Shown: positions 25,350 through 37,885 of the stretch, piece by piece
Layout: each line of letters starts with the position of its first letter
Position numbering within the stretch: the first letter of the stretch is position 1
Origin: Mobula hypostoma
Lineage: Eukaryota
Direction of reading: 5' to 3'
DNA: 64,000 nt
Assembly: GCF_963921235.1 (NCBI RefSeq)
Contig: NC_086097.1
Location: 206,090,001-206,154,000 of the forward strand
Notes under the pieces: model-generated
The model's input: only the letters and a program-made list of their open reading frames with translations
Databases searched by the model: none
Told to the model about the DNA's origin: nothing
Made by a program: the position numbers and the translations under genes

Positions 25350-27460
25350 GAACATTAGAACATAAGAAACTGGAGCAGGGGTAAGTCATCTGGCCTGTCG
25401 AGGCTGCCCAACATTTAATAAGATCATGGCTAATCTGACCATGGACTCATCTCAACCTATTTCTTTTTCCCCACACCCTTAATTCCCCTACTATGCAAAA
25501 ATCTACCCAACCTTGTCTTAAATATATTTACTGAGGTAGCTCCCACTACTTCATTGGGCAGAGAAATGCACAGATTCACGACTCTTTGGGAGAAACAATT
25601 TCTCCACATTTTCATCAGAAATTTACTCCCCAAAATCTTGAGTCTATATCCCAAGTTCTAGTCTCACCTACCAGTGGAAACAACTTTCCTGCCTCTACCT
25701 TATCCATCCTTTTCATAATTTTATAAGTTTCTATAAGATATTTCATCTTTCTGAATTCCAGTGAGTACAGTTCCAGGCGAATCAATCTCTCCTCATAGTC
25801 TAAACCCATCTCTGGAATCAACCTGGTGAACCTCCTCTGCTCCACCTCCAAAGCCAGTATATCCTTCCTCAAGTAAGGAGACCAGAACTGCATGCTCCAG
25901 ATGTGGCCTCACCAGTACCCTGTACAGTTGCAGCATAACCTCGTTGCTCTTAAGTTCAATCCCTCTAGCAATGCAGGCCAACATTCCATTTGCCTTCTTG
26001 ATAGCCTGCTGCACCTACATATATTTTGCAATTCATGCACAAGCACTCCCAAATCCCTCTGCAGAGCAGCATGCTGCAATCTTTTACCATTTAAATAATA
26101 TGTTCTTCCATTTTCCTTCCAAAATGGATTACCTCGCATTTACCAACTTTGTACTCCATCCGACAGACCCTTGCCCACTCACTTAGCCTATCTATATCTC
26201 TTTGCAGTCTCTCCATATCCTCTGCACAATTTGCTTTTCCACTCAATTTTGTGTCATCAGCAAACTTAGATACACTACATATGGTCCCCTCTTCCGGATC
26301 GATAGTGTATATCACGAAAAGTTGTGGGCCCAGCACACTGCTCACCACTGATTGCTAGCCAGAGAAACACCCATGTATCCCAAATTTCTGCTTTCTATTG
26401 GTTAACCAATCCTCGATCCATGCTAATACATCACCCCCGACTCTATGCATCCTTATCTTATGGATACATCTTTTATATGGCACCTTATCCAATACCATCT
26501 GTAAATCCAAGTAAATAACATCCATCTCTTCCCCTCTATCCACTGTGGTTGTTATATCCTCAAAGAACTCCAGTAAGTTTGCCAAACAAGACCTGCCTTT
26601 GCTGAATCCATGCTGCATCTGCATGATGGATCCATTTCTTTCCAGATGCCTCGCTATTTCTTCTTTAATGATAGTTTCAAGCATTTTCCCAACTACAGGT
26701 TAAACTAACTGGCCTATAGTTACCTGCCTTTTGCTTACATACTTTTTTGAACAGTGGCGTGATGTTTGCCCTCTTGCAATCCGCCAGGACCTGCCCAGAG
26801 TCTAGAGAATTTTGGTAAATTATCACGCAAGCCTCTACTATATCCTCTGCCATTTCTTTCAGTACCCTTGGATTAGATTTATTCTATCCTGACTTATAAA
26901 AGTGAATACTGGACCATTTCTCCAGCAATGGAAAAGAGACTAGAAGCAGCTGAATTATGGTTCTACAGGAGAATGTTAAAAATATCATGGACCACACACA
27001 CATCAAATGAAGAAGTTCTCAGAAGAGCCCAAGCAGTTCGATCACTCATACCAACAATAAGAGAAAGACAACTCAGATTCCTAGGACACATCATGCAGAA
27101 AGCTGAACTAAAAAAACTCATACTCTCTGGAAAGATTGAAGAGAGTAAACCCAGAGAAGTACCTCAGCTTATGTACTTCAAAAGCATAGCCAGGTGGCTA
27201 CCCATTGAGGAAATGGGAGTCATCAAAAAAAAATGAAGGATAGATCTATATGGAAAACCATGGTCACCAAAATCTGTATTGGATATGGTACAGTACCTAG
27301 ACAGACAGACTGACCTTTGGATGCATTCGATCAGAACCAGGAGACTTTCCTATGTTTAGGCCCACACGTTTGCTCAGCACTACCTCTTTGGTGATAGCTA
27401 TTGTATTAAGGCCGTCAGCTTCCATCACATCCATATCATCCCTCTTAGGTATGTTCGATG
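25350..27460 (-). mobile_element. CR1 LINE RT fragment interrupted by an RTE insertion
   Basis: QHGFSKGRSCL, SVLGPQLF, KFADDTKL, LVRPHLE; continuous across 26864/27322. Confidence 0.92.
26874..27312 (+). mobile_element. RTE-clade LINE 3' fragment
   Basis: KRLEAAELWFYRRMLKISWT..SNEEVL..RERQLRFLGHI; (CAGA)n tail; TSD ACCCTTGGAT / ACCTTTGGAT (26864-26873, 27313-27322). Confidence 0.9.
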
Positions 27461-27832
27461 TGGAGTATCGTTAACTTGTAGATCTAGGGAACTTTCTCGA
27501 TCCCTTAAACAAAGTCATAGAAATAAAAGAATCTTCAAAAGATTACTGTAGGGGAGAAGTCAATTTTGCTCATCATGTCTGTGCTGATCAATAAATAGTT
27601 TGACACAAAACCTACTTCCATCACTAGATGCATAGCCCTGCAGTTCCTAGTTCTTCAGGTACATGTCCAGGTAACATTTAATGTGATAGCAGTCTTATTT
27701 CTGTCATCTTTTCAGGCATGAGTTTTAGATTATACAGTACCTCTGTAAAATGTTTTTTTCTTCATCTTCTCTCTAACCTTCTGCCAATTACTTTGTGTCT
27801 CTGCTATTTGGTTTTTGATCCTTCTGTTTGGG

Positions 27833-30210
27833 ACATAAAATTATAAGTCATAGGAGCAGAATTAGGCCATTCGGACCATCAGGTTTTCTCTGCCATTTAT
27901 TATCCCTCTCAACCCCATTCCCCTGCCTTCTCCCAGAAACCTTTGATACACTGACTAACCAAGAACCTATTAACCCCTGCTTTGAATACCCTCAATGACT
28001 TGGTCTCCAGAGCTGCCCGTGGCAATACATTCCACAAATTCACCATCCTCTGGCTAAAGAAATTCCTGCTCATCTCTGTTCTAAATGGATGTTCCTGTAT
28101 TCTGAAGCTGTGCCCTCTGGTCCTAGACGCACTCACTACAGGAAACGTCCTCTCTACATCCACTCTATCAAGGCCTTCCAATATTTAATTGGTTTCAATA
28201 AGATCCCCTCTCATTCTTATAAACTCCAGCAAGTACAGGCCCAGAGTCATCAGACGCTCCTTACGCGATAATCCTTTCATTCCCAGAATCATTCTCATGA
28301 ACCTCCTCTCAAACTTTTCCAATGCCAGCACATTTTTTCATGGATAAAGGTGCTCAAAAATACTCACAATGCTTTATAAAGCCTCAGTATCACATCCTTG
28401 CTCTTATATTCTAGTCCTTTCAAAATGGATGATAGCATTATATTTGTCTTCCTTACCACTGTCTAAACATGCAAGTTAACCTTTAGAAAATGGTGCAAAA
28501 GGACTCCCAGGTCCTTTTGCACATCTGATTTTTTAATTGAATCCCTGTTTAGAAAATAATCTATGCCTCTATTCCTTCTACAAAGTGCATGACCATACAC
28601 TTGCTTACACGATATTCCATTTGCCACTTCTTTGCACATTCTCCCAATCTTCCCAAATCCTTCCGCACACTCCGTGCTTCCTCAACCCTACCTGCCCTCT
28701 CCACCAATCTTTGTGTAACACGCTGTAAGGTTTCACTGCTAAGGCTAATGTAATGGCTTCTATGTAATGTTCCACAGTTAAGGTAATGGTTTCTCTGTAG
28801 CAGCAATGCTTGAGTTATGACGAGAGATAATGGGGCTTTGGAATGTATGTTATCCAATGGGAGAAATGTTCTTTCTTGTGAGGCTGGAAGAGAGATTTTC
28901 GCAGTCTTTCGTCGGGAAGCAATGGAGAGAGAGGACGGGAATGGAGAGAGTCAGAAGACCACCGGACGGAGTGGACTGAAGAGCGAGGGTCCGAAGGTCA
29001 GCGACGCTCGGAGGAGGTTGATGGATTGCCGTATCAGTGAGCTCCAACGATGCGCAATAGACTTTTTTCCTTAAAATGGGCCCTTTTTCTTTTTACTTTC
29101 TTTACTAACCTTCTATCCAGATTAAGATGTATAAAGTTCAATCATTTAATTGCATGCGGTGTACCATCTGATACCTTGCGGTGCGGATTTGTAACCAGGT
29201 AGCACATCATGCAGCATTCACACAAACGAGATTTCTCAGTTTGGCAGGGCCAGAAGTTGTTTTACCCTGGAAGAACATGTGCTGGCTGAGCCTGAGGGTT
29301 ACATTTGTATAATCTAAAACTTGGCCATAAAGCCAACAATTCTGTCATCTTAGTCATTGATATACCAACGTGAAAAGAAGTGGTCCCAATATGGACCCCT
29401 GCAGAACACCAATAGTCACTGGCAGCCAACAAGAATAAGCCCATTTATTCTGACTCTTTGCTTCTTGCCAGTCAGCCAATCTGCTATCCATGCTAGTATC
29501 TCTCCTATAATACCATGGGCTCTCATCTTGTTAAGTAGCATCATCTGTGCCACCTTGTCAAGTGCCCTCTGAAAATCTAAGTAGACAACATCCACTGACA
29601 CTCCTTTGTCTACCCCCTTCTGTTATCTCCTCAAAGAATTCCAACAGATTTGTCAAGCAAGCTGTCCCCTTAAGAAAACCATGCTACTTTGGCCTTGTTT
29701 ATCATGTGACTCCAAGTATCCCAAAACCTCATCCTTAAAAATAGAGTGCAACATTTTCCCAACCACTGAAGTCAGGCTAAGTGACCTATAATTTGCTTCC
29801 TTCTGCCTCCCTCCCTTCCTAAACAGTGGAGTGTAAAATGCAGTTTTCCAGTCCTTAGGAACCATTGCAGAATCCAGTGTAAGATCATTACTAATTCCTC
29901 CACAATCTCTTTAGCTACCTTGTTCATAAACCTAGAGTCTTGTCCATCTGGTCCAGGTGACTTATCTACCTTCAGACCTTTCAGCTGCACAAGCACCTTC
30001 TCCATAATAAAAACAACTTCTCTCACTTCTGCACCCTGACATTCTCAAATTTCTGTCATACTGCTAGTGTCTTCCACAGTGAAGACAGATGCAAAATACT
30101 TATCGAGTTCATCTACCATTTCCTGATCCCCCATGACTCCAGCATCATTTTCCAGTGATCCAATATTGACTCTTGCTTCTCTTTTATTCTTTACTTATCT
30201 GAAAAAAAAT
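27833..30210 (-). mobile_element. CR1 LINE RT fragment interrupted by a solo LTR
   Basis: KSPGPDG, NYRSLSLTSVVGK, VVYLDFQRALDKV, RNFFSQRMVNLWN; 3' tail at ~27835. Confidence 0.92.
28714..29303 (+). mobile_element. Solo LTR (Gypsy-type), 590 bp, nested in CR1
   Basis: Perfect TGTAAC...GTTACA termini; 4-bp TSD TTTG (28710-28713, 29304-29307); CR1 sequence rejoins across it. Confidence 0.92.
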
Positions 30211-30213
30211 TGT

Positions 30214-32025
30214 AACACCATAAGATATTTGAGCAGAATTAGGCCATCTGGCCCATTAAGTCTACTCTATTTCTTCATGGCTGATCCACTTTCCCTCTCA
30301 GCCCCAGTCTCCTGCCTTCTCCCCGTATCCCTTTGTGCCCTGACTAATCAAGAATCAATCAATTTCTGCCTTAAGTATCACCAATGACCTAGCCTCCACA
30401 GCCACCTGTGGCAAAGAATTCCACAGACTCACCACTCTCTGGCTAAAGAAATTCCTCCTCAATTCCATTCTAAAAGGAAGCCCCTTTATTCTGAGGCTGT
30501 GTCCTCTGGTCTGAGAATCTTCCACTATAGGAAGCACCCTCTCCACTTCCACTCTATCAAGGCCTTTCACCATTCAATAGGTTTCAATGAGGTCACCCCT
30601 CAATCTTCTGAATTCTAGTGAATACAGGCCCAGACCATGAAATGCTTTTCTTATGACAAGCCATTTAACCCTGGAATCTTTTTTGTGAACCTCCTTTGAA
30701 ACCACTCCAATTTCAGCACATCCTTTCTAAGATAAGGGGGCCAAAACTGCTCACAATACTCCAAGTGAGGCCTCACCAGCGCTTTATAAAGTCTCAACAT
30801 TACATCCTTGCTTTTCTATTCTAATACTCTTGAAATAAGTGTTAACATTGCATTTGCCTTCTTCACAGAACCTGCAAATTAACCTTTAGGGAACTCTGTA
30901 CAAGGACTCCCAATTCTCTTTGCACCTCAGACTTCTGTATTTTCTCTCCATTTAGAAAATAGTCGACCCTTTCATTTCTTCTACCAAAGTGCATGACAAC
31001 ACACTTCCCAACACTCTGTTCCATCTGCCATTTCTTTGCCCATTCTCAGAAAAGGCTCTCTTTATTCCCAATCTTTGCGCCCTGTCAATCATCCACTACT
31101 TTATCCACGCTGGAATCTTTCCTATAATACCATGGGCTCGTAGCTTGTTAAGCAACCTCATGTATGGTACCTTGTCAAAGGCCTACTGACAATCCAAGTA
31201 CACAACATCAACTGATTCTCCTTTGTCCATCCTGCTTGTTATTTCTTCAAAGAATTCCAACAGCTTTGTCTGGCAAGAGTTACCCTTGATGAAATCATTC
31301 TGATAATGGACTATCTTAGCATGAGTCTCCAAGTACTCTGAGACCTCACCCTTAATAATCGACTCCAGCATCTTCCCAATCACTGAGGTCAGACTAACTG
31401 GCCTATAGTTTCCTTGCTTCTGCCTCTCTCCCTTCATTAAGAGTGGAGAGACATTTGTAATTTTCCAGTCTTCCGGAACCATCTCATGATTCTTGTCAGA
31501 TCATTACTAATGCCGCCACAGTCTCTTCTGCCTCCTCTTTCAGACCCCTGAGATGTACACCATCCGGTCAGGTGACTATCTACCTTCAGACCTTTCATTT
31601 TCCCATGCACGCTCTCTAGTAATGGTAAATTCACACACTTCATGACCGCTTATACCTGGAACTTCCACAATCCTAATAGTGTTTTCCACAGTGAAGAATG
31701 ACGCAAAACACTTATTCAGCTCATCTGCCATTTCATTGCCCCCCATTATATCTCCAGCATCATCTTCCAGCAGCCCGATATCTACCCTTACCTTTCTTTT
31801 GGAGTTTAAGAATCTGAAGAAACTTTTGGATCCTCTTCAATAGTATTGGCTAGTTTACTTTCATATTCCATCCTGTGCAATACTGATACATCTGACTTTA
31901 GCTTCCATCTCTCATACTGAAAGGGGAAGTCTATCATTTTATGATCACTGCCTCTTAAGGGTTCCTTTTGCCTAAACTCTCTAATCAAATTTGGTCCATT
32001 ACACAACACCCAATCCAGAATAGTT
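30214..32025 (-). mobile_element. CR1 LINE fragment(s) with internal deletions
   Basis: NYRPVSLTSVIGK, RNFFSQRVVSLWN, ILDWVLCN..GSDH; tail at ~30214. Confidence 0.9.
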
Positions 32026-32469
32026 CTATACACCTAAATTTAGTCTTTCACCTGCCTCTTCTGATTCAAAGAAAACAACCTAAGCTTATCCAAACTCTCC
32101 TCATAGTGGAAGTTTTTCCAGTCTGGTGGTAGCTCTATAAACCTCTTCTGTACCTTCTTCACTGAAGTAACTTTTTTCCTGCCATAAGATCTAACTTGCC
32201 ATATATTTCTAGTAGAATCTCCCTGTTTTTATTGTACATTGTTAAATCAATAAGGGAAGGCATTCTTTATTTAGCTGACCTTTACTGACCTGTAGATGTA
32301 CACTTCAAGCTCCCTTTTATCCACCACTCCATTCAATATTTATTGGACATTCCCAACCTTCACGTAAATCCCCTCAAAAAAATCCCCCTTACATTTTACC
32401 CCAGTAAATTCCATTTTGTCTGCCCGGTTTTATTTTTCAACCAGTTATACCTATCAGCCAGTTATGTCT

Positions 32470-34275
32470 ATCAACCTGAAGAATTTCAATATTGTATCTA
32501 AAAACTGGAAAGAGAGAGCACTCAATAGATACACCTGGGGGAAATCTGTTCAAGAAGGACCTGTGTTCAGGGCTAGATTTAGTGGGGCCGGGGCCAGGAC
32601 CACGGGCCCCTGGGCTGAAGGCCCTGATGGGCCCCTGCCGACACCATAAAATGCTGCTGTACCAAGTTAAAAGTCAAGAACAAGAGCAAAGGTCGTACTG
32701 GTCTAAATATCAAAGCTGTGGACCAAGACATTGGTTTAGTACGATACGTAGGCTATAAACTTACAGGCCTTAAGAGGGAGGACAGAAAGTAATGCAGATT
32801 CTTAGTTTGAAGGACAGCATCTAAAACACTCAAAAATTAACCTAGACTTAGTAGGTTTAGTTGGCTTAGTAAAGATATGAGGGAGATGAAGTACGATGTA
32901 CCCAATCTTAAATCTTTATTTAGCTATTGCTGCACATACCATAGGCCTCATTTCTCAAACAATGCCAAAGCATTTTTATCTGGTATTTTTCTCAACCGTG
33001 TGTTCTGAGAAAGTAAAATGGAAATGAGAGACAAAAAGGCCAAGAGAGATGGCACTATGGTAAACTAGGAAGCTTGACAATACTCCGACAATCTTATTGA
33101 AAAATGAGATTTAGCACATACTAACCTATTGCTGTGCTGTGTGGCTTGCAGAGTAAAGACCACTTATTAGTAGACACACTCTGACTAGAACTGCTTTTGC
33201 AGTTCTGTATCTATTCTTCCGCTGTCAGACGCTAGTGTAACGTAGGTCAGTATCGTTTTCCTGTGGTGTTCGCTATTTTCATGCTCTCCTATGCGCTCAG
33301 CGGCATGTTTCCAGTTGCTAAAGCCAGTTCTGAAGAGGGACTGGCAGTTACCATCACTGAAGATGCGGCATGCAAAACAAAACACACAGCCGGTGGAAGG
33401 GGGATTTAAGGGCCATTGCCTTGATATGTACTCACCATTTACGAGCTTGCGTTTGACGTGAAATTTGGAGAAAAAAACACCTCGGCTGTTTGTGTACTCA
33501 TTCCGAAGCTTTGATATCCACATCCTTATTCTGGCAGGACTCCAACTCTTTCTTAGCCCAGTACGCTCAGACTGAATCATCTAACGTTTCCTTTCCCCAG
33601 CGAGCAGGATCAGTGCTGTAAGGGTCCTCAGTAGCGGTAACGTTAACATTAATGGTGGCTCGACTTGGTTGTCTGGAAGCCTCTGCGTTTGGGAATCCCA
33701 AAGTCATGCTCCCTGCATCTTCAACATTAGCTGCTGACTGTGGCAAGGACGGTGGTCCTGTGCTAACGCTGTTGCTAGTGCTAGCTGTTGAACAAACCTC
33801 CATTTGTCCACCGGTCTCAGACTTTGACAAGAGCGATGGTACTGCTGCATCATCGAGAACAGGTTTTAAAAATTCTGTCAATTTCAATGTCTCTTTTAAT
33901 GCTTCTGCCTCAAGGTCCTCTCTTTCTTGTTTCTTTTTTCTTTTCTGTGCTCCACTCTCGTTTTTTTTTTGTCCGCCATGATGATAGCTACCTATTTTGG
34001 GCCCCTCGGCAGCTCTGGCCCCTGGGCTGCAGCCCAGCCTAGCCCTGCCTAAAGTCTGGCGCTGCCTGTGTTCCATGAGACCAACCTTTGCTATGCCACC
34101 GAGAACAAGCAGCAACTACGAACGGAGAGACCAACCATTAACCACAGCCAACTCTTACACTTGCCCACACTGAACCAGAAATAGTGAATCTGAAATCGCC
34201 CTCTGCAACCACCTGAGGACCAACCCATAGACAACCCCTTAGGACAAAATCGTACTCAACTCGAGTGATCACATT
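32470..34275 (+). mobile_element. RTE-type LINE 3' end split by the hAT element
   Basis: NLKNFNIVSKNWKERALNRYTW before the hAT; a CPH...NHLRT zinc-finger-like remnant after it. Confidence 0.65.
32568..34064 (-). mobile_element. hAT (Tip100/ZMYM1-like) internally deleted DNA transposon
   Basis: Perfect 8-bp TSD CCTGTGTT (32560-32567, 34065-34072); imperfect TIRs CAGGGCTAGATTTA / TAAAGTCTGGCGCTG; frameshifted N-terminus ESGAQKRKKK and TTF zinc finger FCFACRIF..GFSNWK..HENSEHH; catalytic domain absent. Confidence 0.93.
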
Positions 34276-34666
34276 AATACCACTGTTTTTCTTAAGTATA
34301 AAACTTTCTTCCACCTTATCAATCAAACCATCAAAAATTGTATTAGCTATCAATAATAATCATACCTCTGATATTAATGTCTAAATTATAAACAAATACT
34401 AAGAAATAGAAAGGACTGTGCACTAAGCACATATGATTAACAATCTTCTAATCTCAAAAAACACCAGTTGGCCATTAACATTTGCTTCCTACTATTTAAG
34501 AAAGCTAAGCACCAGCTTCTTGCTTTTACTTCTTTGACCACAAGGACAATTTCAATTTCATATGGGCCACATCAGACACTTGGTCCTCTGCAACCCAACT
34601 TCATCCTTTACATTCTGTCATCCAGCCCAAGCTGGCAGTAATAATCTAATACTAGAGGACTGCCAA

Positions 34667-34877
34667 AGCCGGCTGATGGCATAGTGGCATCAGCGCCGCA
34701 CTTCGGAGTGAAGGCTCTTGAGTTCGAATCCAGCCGGCCCCTTTGCACGCTTTCCATCCGTGCTGGGTTGAGCGTCGAACTAGCAACACGGCCTCGTAAA
34801 AATGAGAAAGACTGCTAAAAAAACCGCTGTCATGACGGCGTCCTGATGACTCCACTTGGAGCTAAGGGCTTCTTCAA
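34667..34877 (+). mobile_element. Young tRNA-derived SINE
   Basis: A box TGGCATAGTGG, B box GAGTTCGAATCC, 8-bp stem GCCGGCTG/CAGCCGGC, CTTCTTC tail, TSD AGGACTGCCAA / AGGACTGCTAA (34656-34666, 34878-34888). Confidence 0.88.
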
Positions 34878-35594
34878 AGGACTGCTAATGATGCAGATAG
34901 AGTTCCATTATTTATAGCCTCAACCAAAATCCACATAATCCCAAGGACATAAGTAAACATACAATGTGCATTCATCATTTAAAAGAGCTGTGTCCCAGTA
35001 AATAGCCTACAGTATGCCAGAAATTTGAATCCATCAGCCTATTCTTTTAAAATGCTGATATGACCTCCCATACAGTACATATTCATAATGGTCTAAAAAT
35101 GCACATTACAAATACAGGCATGTAATTTTTATGTGCATGAATACATAATTAAAATTTAAGAAATAAAAGCTCTTTTAGATCTCGTCATTATTCTATCCTA
35201 ATGACTAACATATTTATCCAAAAAATATTATTTTTGGATCATGGTTACAGTGTTCTTGGATCTAGAATTATGTACTCTGTGAATTAGAAATATTCTGCAT
35301 TGGAAGACTACATTTGACTCAGATATGCATTTGTTTGGAGTCCATTGGACTTTATTAAATCAGATAAATAGATTGCACATTCCTTCTTTATATGCCCACA
35401 TCTCATAGAGAAAGAATAAACTGAACTTACATTTTTTCACATCATAATTCAGTTAAAAGTTGTAACTTTTAAATTAATAGTAATATTCACCAGTGACATT
35501 GACTTTACAACTGCTATTGCATTTTAACTTCCTGTATTACTTCTCACAGACACAATCAAAAAAGATTGTGCTTGAATCTTTGCTATGATATATG

Positions 35595-37885
35595 GAGTGA
35601 TCTCATAAAAGCATACAGAATTATGAGAGTATCGATAGGGTGAATATTTGCAGGCTTTTTCCCCCTCAGGGCTGAGTTAAAGTAGAACTAGAGGTTGTAG
35701 GTTTAGACTGAAAGGTGAATTATTTAAGGGAATCTGAGGGGCAACTTCTTTAGTCAAAGGGTGGTGAAAGCATGGAAGAAGCTGCCAGTGAAAGTGGTAG
35801 TTGTGAATACAATTGTAACATCTATGAGAAAGTTGATAGGAACATGGATGAGAGAGTGAGGAGACAGGAGATTCTGTGGACATGAATGGGACACCTGTAT
35901 GGTATGTTGCCTTCTAGGTGCCAGGTTCAAGGGTGTCTCAGATCACACCAAACACCAGTTTGGAGAGGGAGGGAGAGCAGCCAGATGTTTTGGTACATAA
36001 TGTTATCAATGACATAGGAAGGAAAAGCAATGTGGTTCTGAAAAGAGAATTTAGAGAGCTCCTGGATAGTAATCTCTGGACTGCTGCCTGTGCCACTGTG
36101 GAAGACACTAGCAGTATGCCTGATGTTATAATGTGTGAAAGAAGAGAAGTGGTTGCAGTTACTGTTACAAGGGAGAAGATGCTCAAAAAGCTGAAAGACC
36201 TAAAGGTACATAAGTCACCCGGCCCAGAGGAACTATATCCTAGGGTTCTGAAAAAGGTAGCATTAGAGATTGTGGTGGAACTAAGAATGATCATTGGACT
36301 CTGGCATGGTGTCAGAGGGCTGGAAAATTGCAAACTTCACTCCACTTTTTAAGAAAGGAAGGCAGCAGAAAGGAAATTATAGACCAGTTAGCCTGATCTC
36401 AGTGGTCAGGAAGACGTTAGAGTCAATTGTTAAGGATGAGGTGATGGAGTACTTGGTGACATGGGACAAGATAGTACGAAGTCAGCATGGTCTCCTTCAG
36501 GGAAAATCCTACCTGATGAACCTGTTGGAATACTTTGAGGAGACTACAAGCAGGATAGATAAAGGGGATGCAGTGGATGCTGCATATTTGGACTTTCAGA
36601 AGGCTTTTGACAAGGTGCCACACATTAAGTTAAGAATCTATGGTATTACAGGGAAGTTACTAACATGGTAAGAGCATTGGCTGATTGGTAGGAGGCAGCA
36701 AGTGGCAATAAAAGAATCCTTTTCTGGTTGGCTGCCAGTGACTAGTGGTGTTCCGCAAGGCTCAGTGTTGGGACCACTTCTTTTCATGCTGTATATAAGT
36801 GACTTAGATGATGGAATAGATGGTTTTATTGCTAAGTATGCAGGTGATATGAAGATTGGTGGAGGGGCCGGTGGTGTTGGGGAAACAGGTAGGATGCAGA
36901 AGTACTTGGACAGATTAAGGGAATGGGCAAGAAAGTTGCAAATGAAATACAATGTTGGAAAATGCAGGGTCATGCACTTTGGTAGTAGAAATAAATGTGC
37001 GGACTATTTTCTAAACAGAGAAAACATCCAGGAATGTGAGATACAGAGAGACTTGGGAGTCCTTGTGCAGAACACCCTAAAGGTTAACTTGCAGGTTGAG
37101 TCAGTGGTGTGGAAGGCAAATGCCATGTTAGCATTCATTTCAAAAGGTCTAGATACAAGAGCAATGATGTGATGCTGAGGATTTATAAGGCACTGGGTGA
37201 GGCCTCACCTTGGGTATTGTGAATAGTTTTGGGCTCCTCATCTAAGAAAGGATATGCTGGCATTGGAGAGAAAACAGAGTAGGTTCATAAGGATGATTCC
37301 AAGAATGAAAGGGTTATCATATGAGGAACGTTTGATAGCTCTAGGTCTGTACTCGTTGGAATTTAGAAGGATGAGGGGATGTCTCATTGAAACCTTTTGA
37401 ATGTTAAAAGGCCTAGACAGTGTAGATGTGGAAAGGATGTTTCCCATGGTGGGAGAGTTTAGGACAAGATAGCACAGCCTCAGGATAGAGGGACGCCATT
37501 TCAAAACAGAGATGCAGAGAAATTTCTTTAGCCAAAGGGTGGTGAATTTGCGGAATTTGTTGCCACATGCAGCTGCAGAGGCCACGTCGTTGGGTGTTTT
37601 TAAGACAGAGATTGATAGGTCCTTGATGGACACAGCATCAAAGGTTAAGGGGAGAAGGCCGGGATCTACGTTTGAGGAGGAGATTTTAAAAAAAGGATCA
37701 GCCATGATTGAATGGCGGAGCAGACTCGATGAGCCAGATGGCCTAATTCTGCTCCAATGTCTTATGGTCTTATAGGTATGGAGGGCTTGAGTCCAGGTGC
37801 AGGTACTGTTTACGGGACTAGAGAGAACACCAGGTTGGGCATGGATTAGATAAGCTAAACGACCTATTTCTGTGCTATAGTACTC
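35595..37885 (+). mobile_element. Composite CR1 block: older 3' end, ORF1 esterase fragment (~35865-36065) and RT region with tail (~36090-37773)
   Basis: LEREGEQPDVLVH..NDIGRK (ORF1 SGNH-like); [26 protein letters not shown]; tail TCTTATGGTCTTAT. Confidence 0.92.

Noticed and set aside
34668..34738. Possible genuine tRNA gene
   Set aside because: T arm does not pair properly, and it is followed by a SINE body, tail and TSD.
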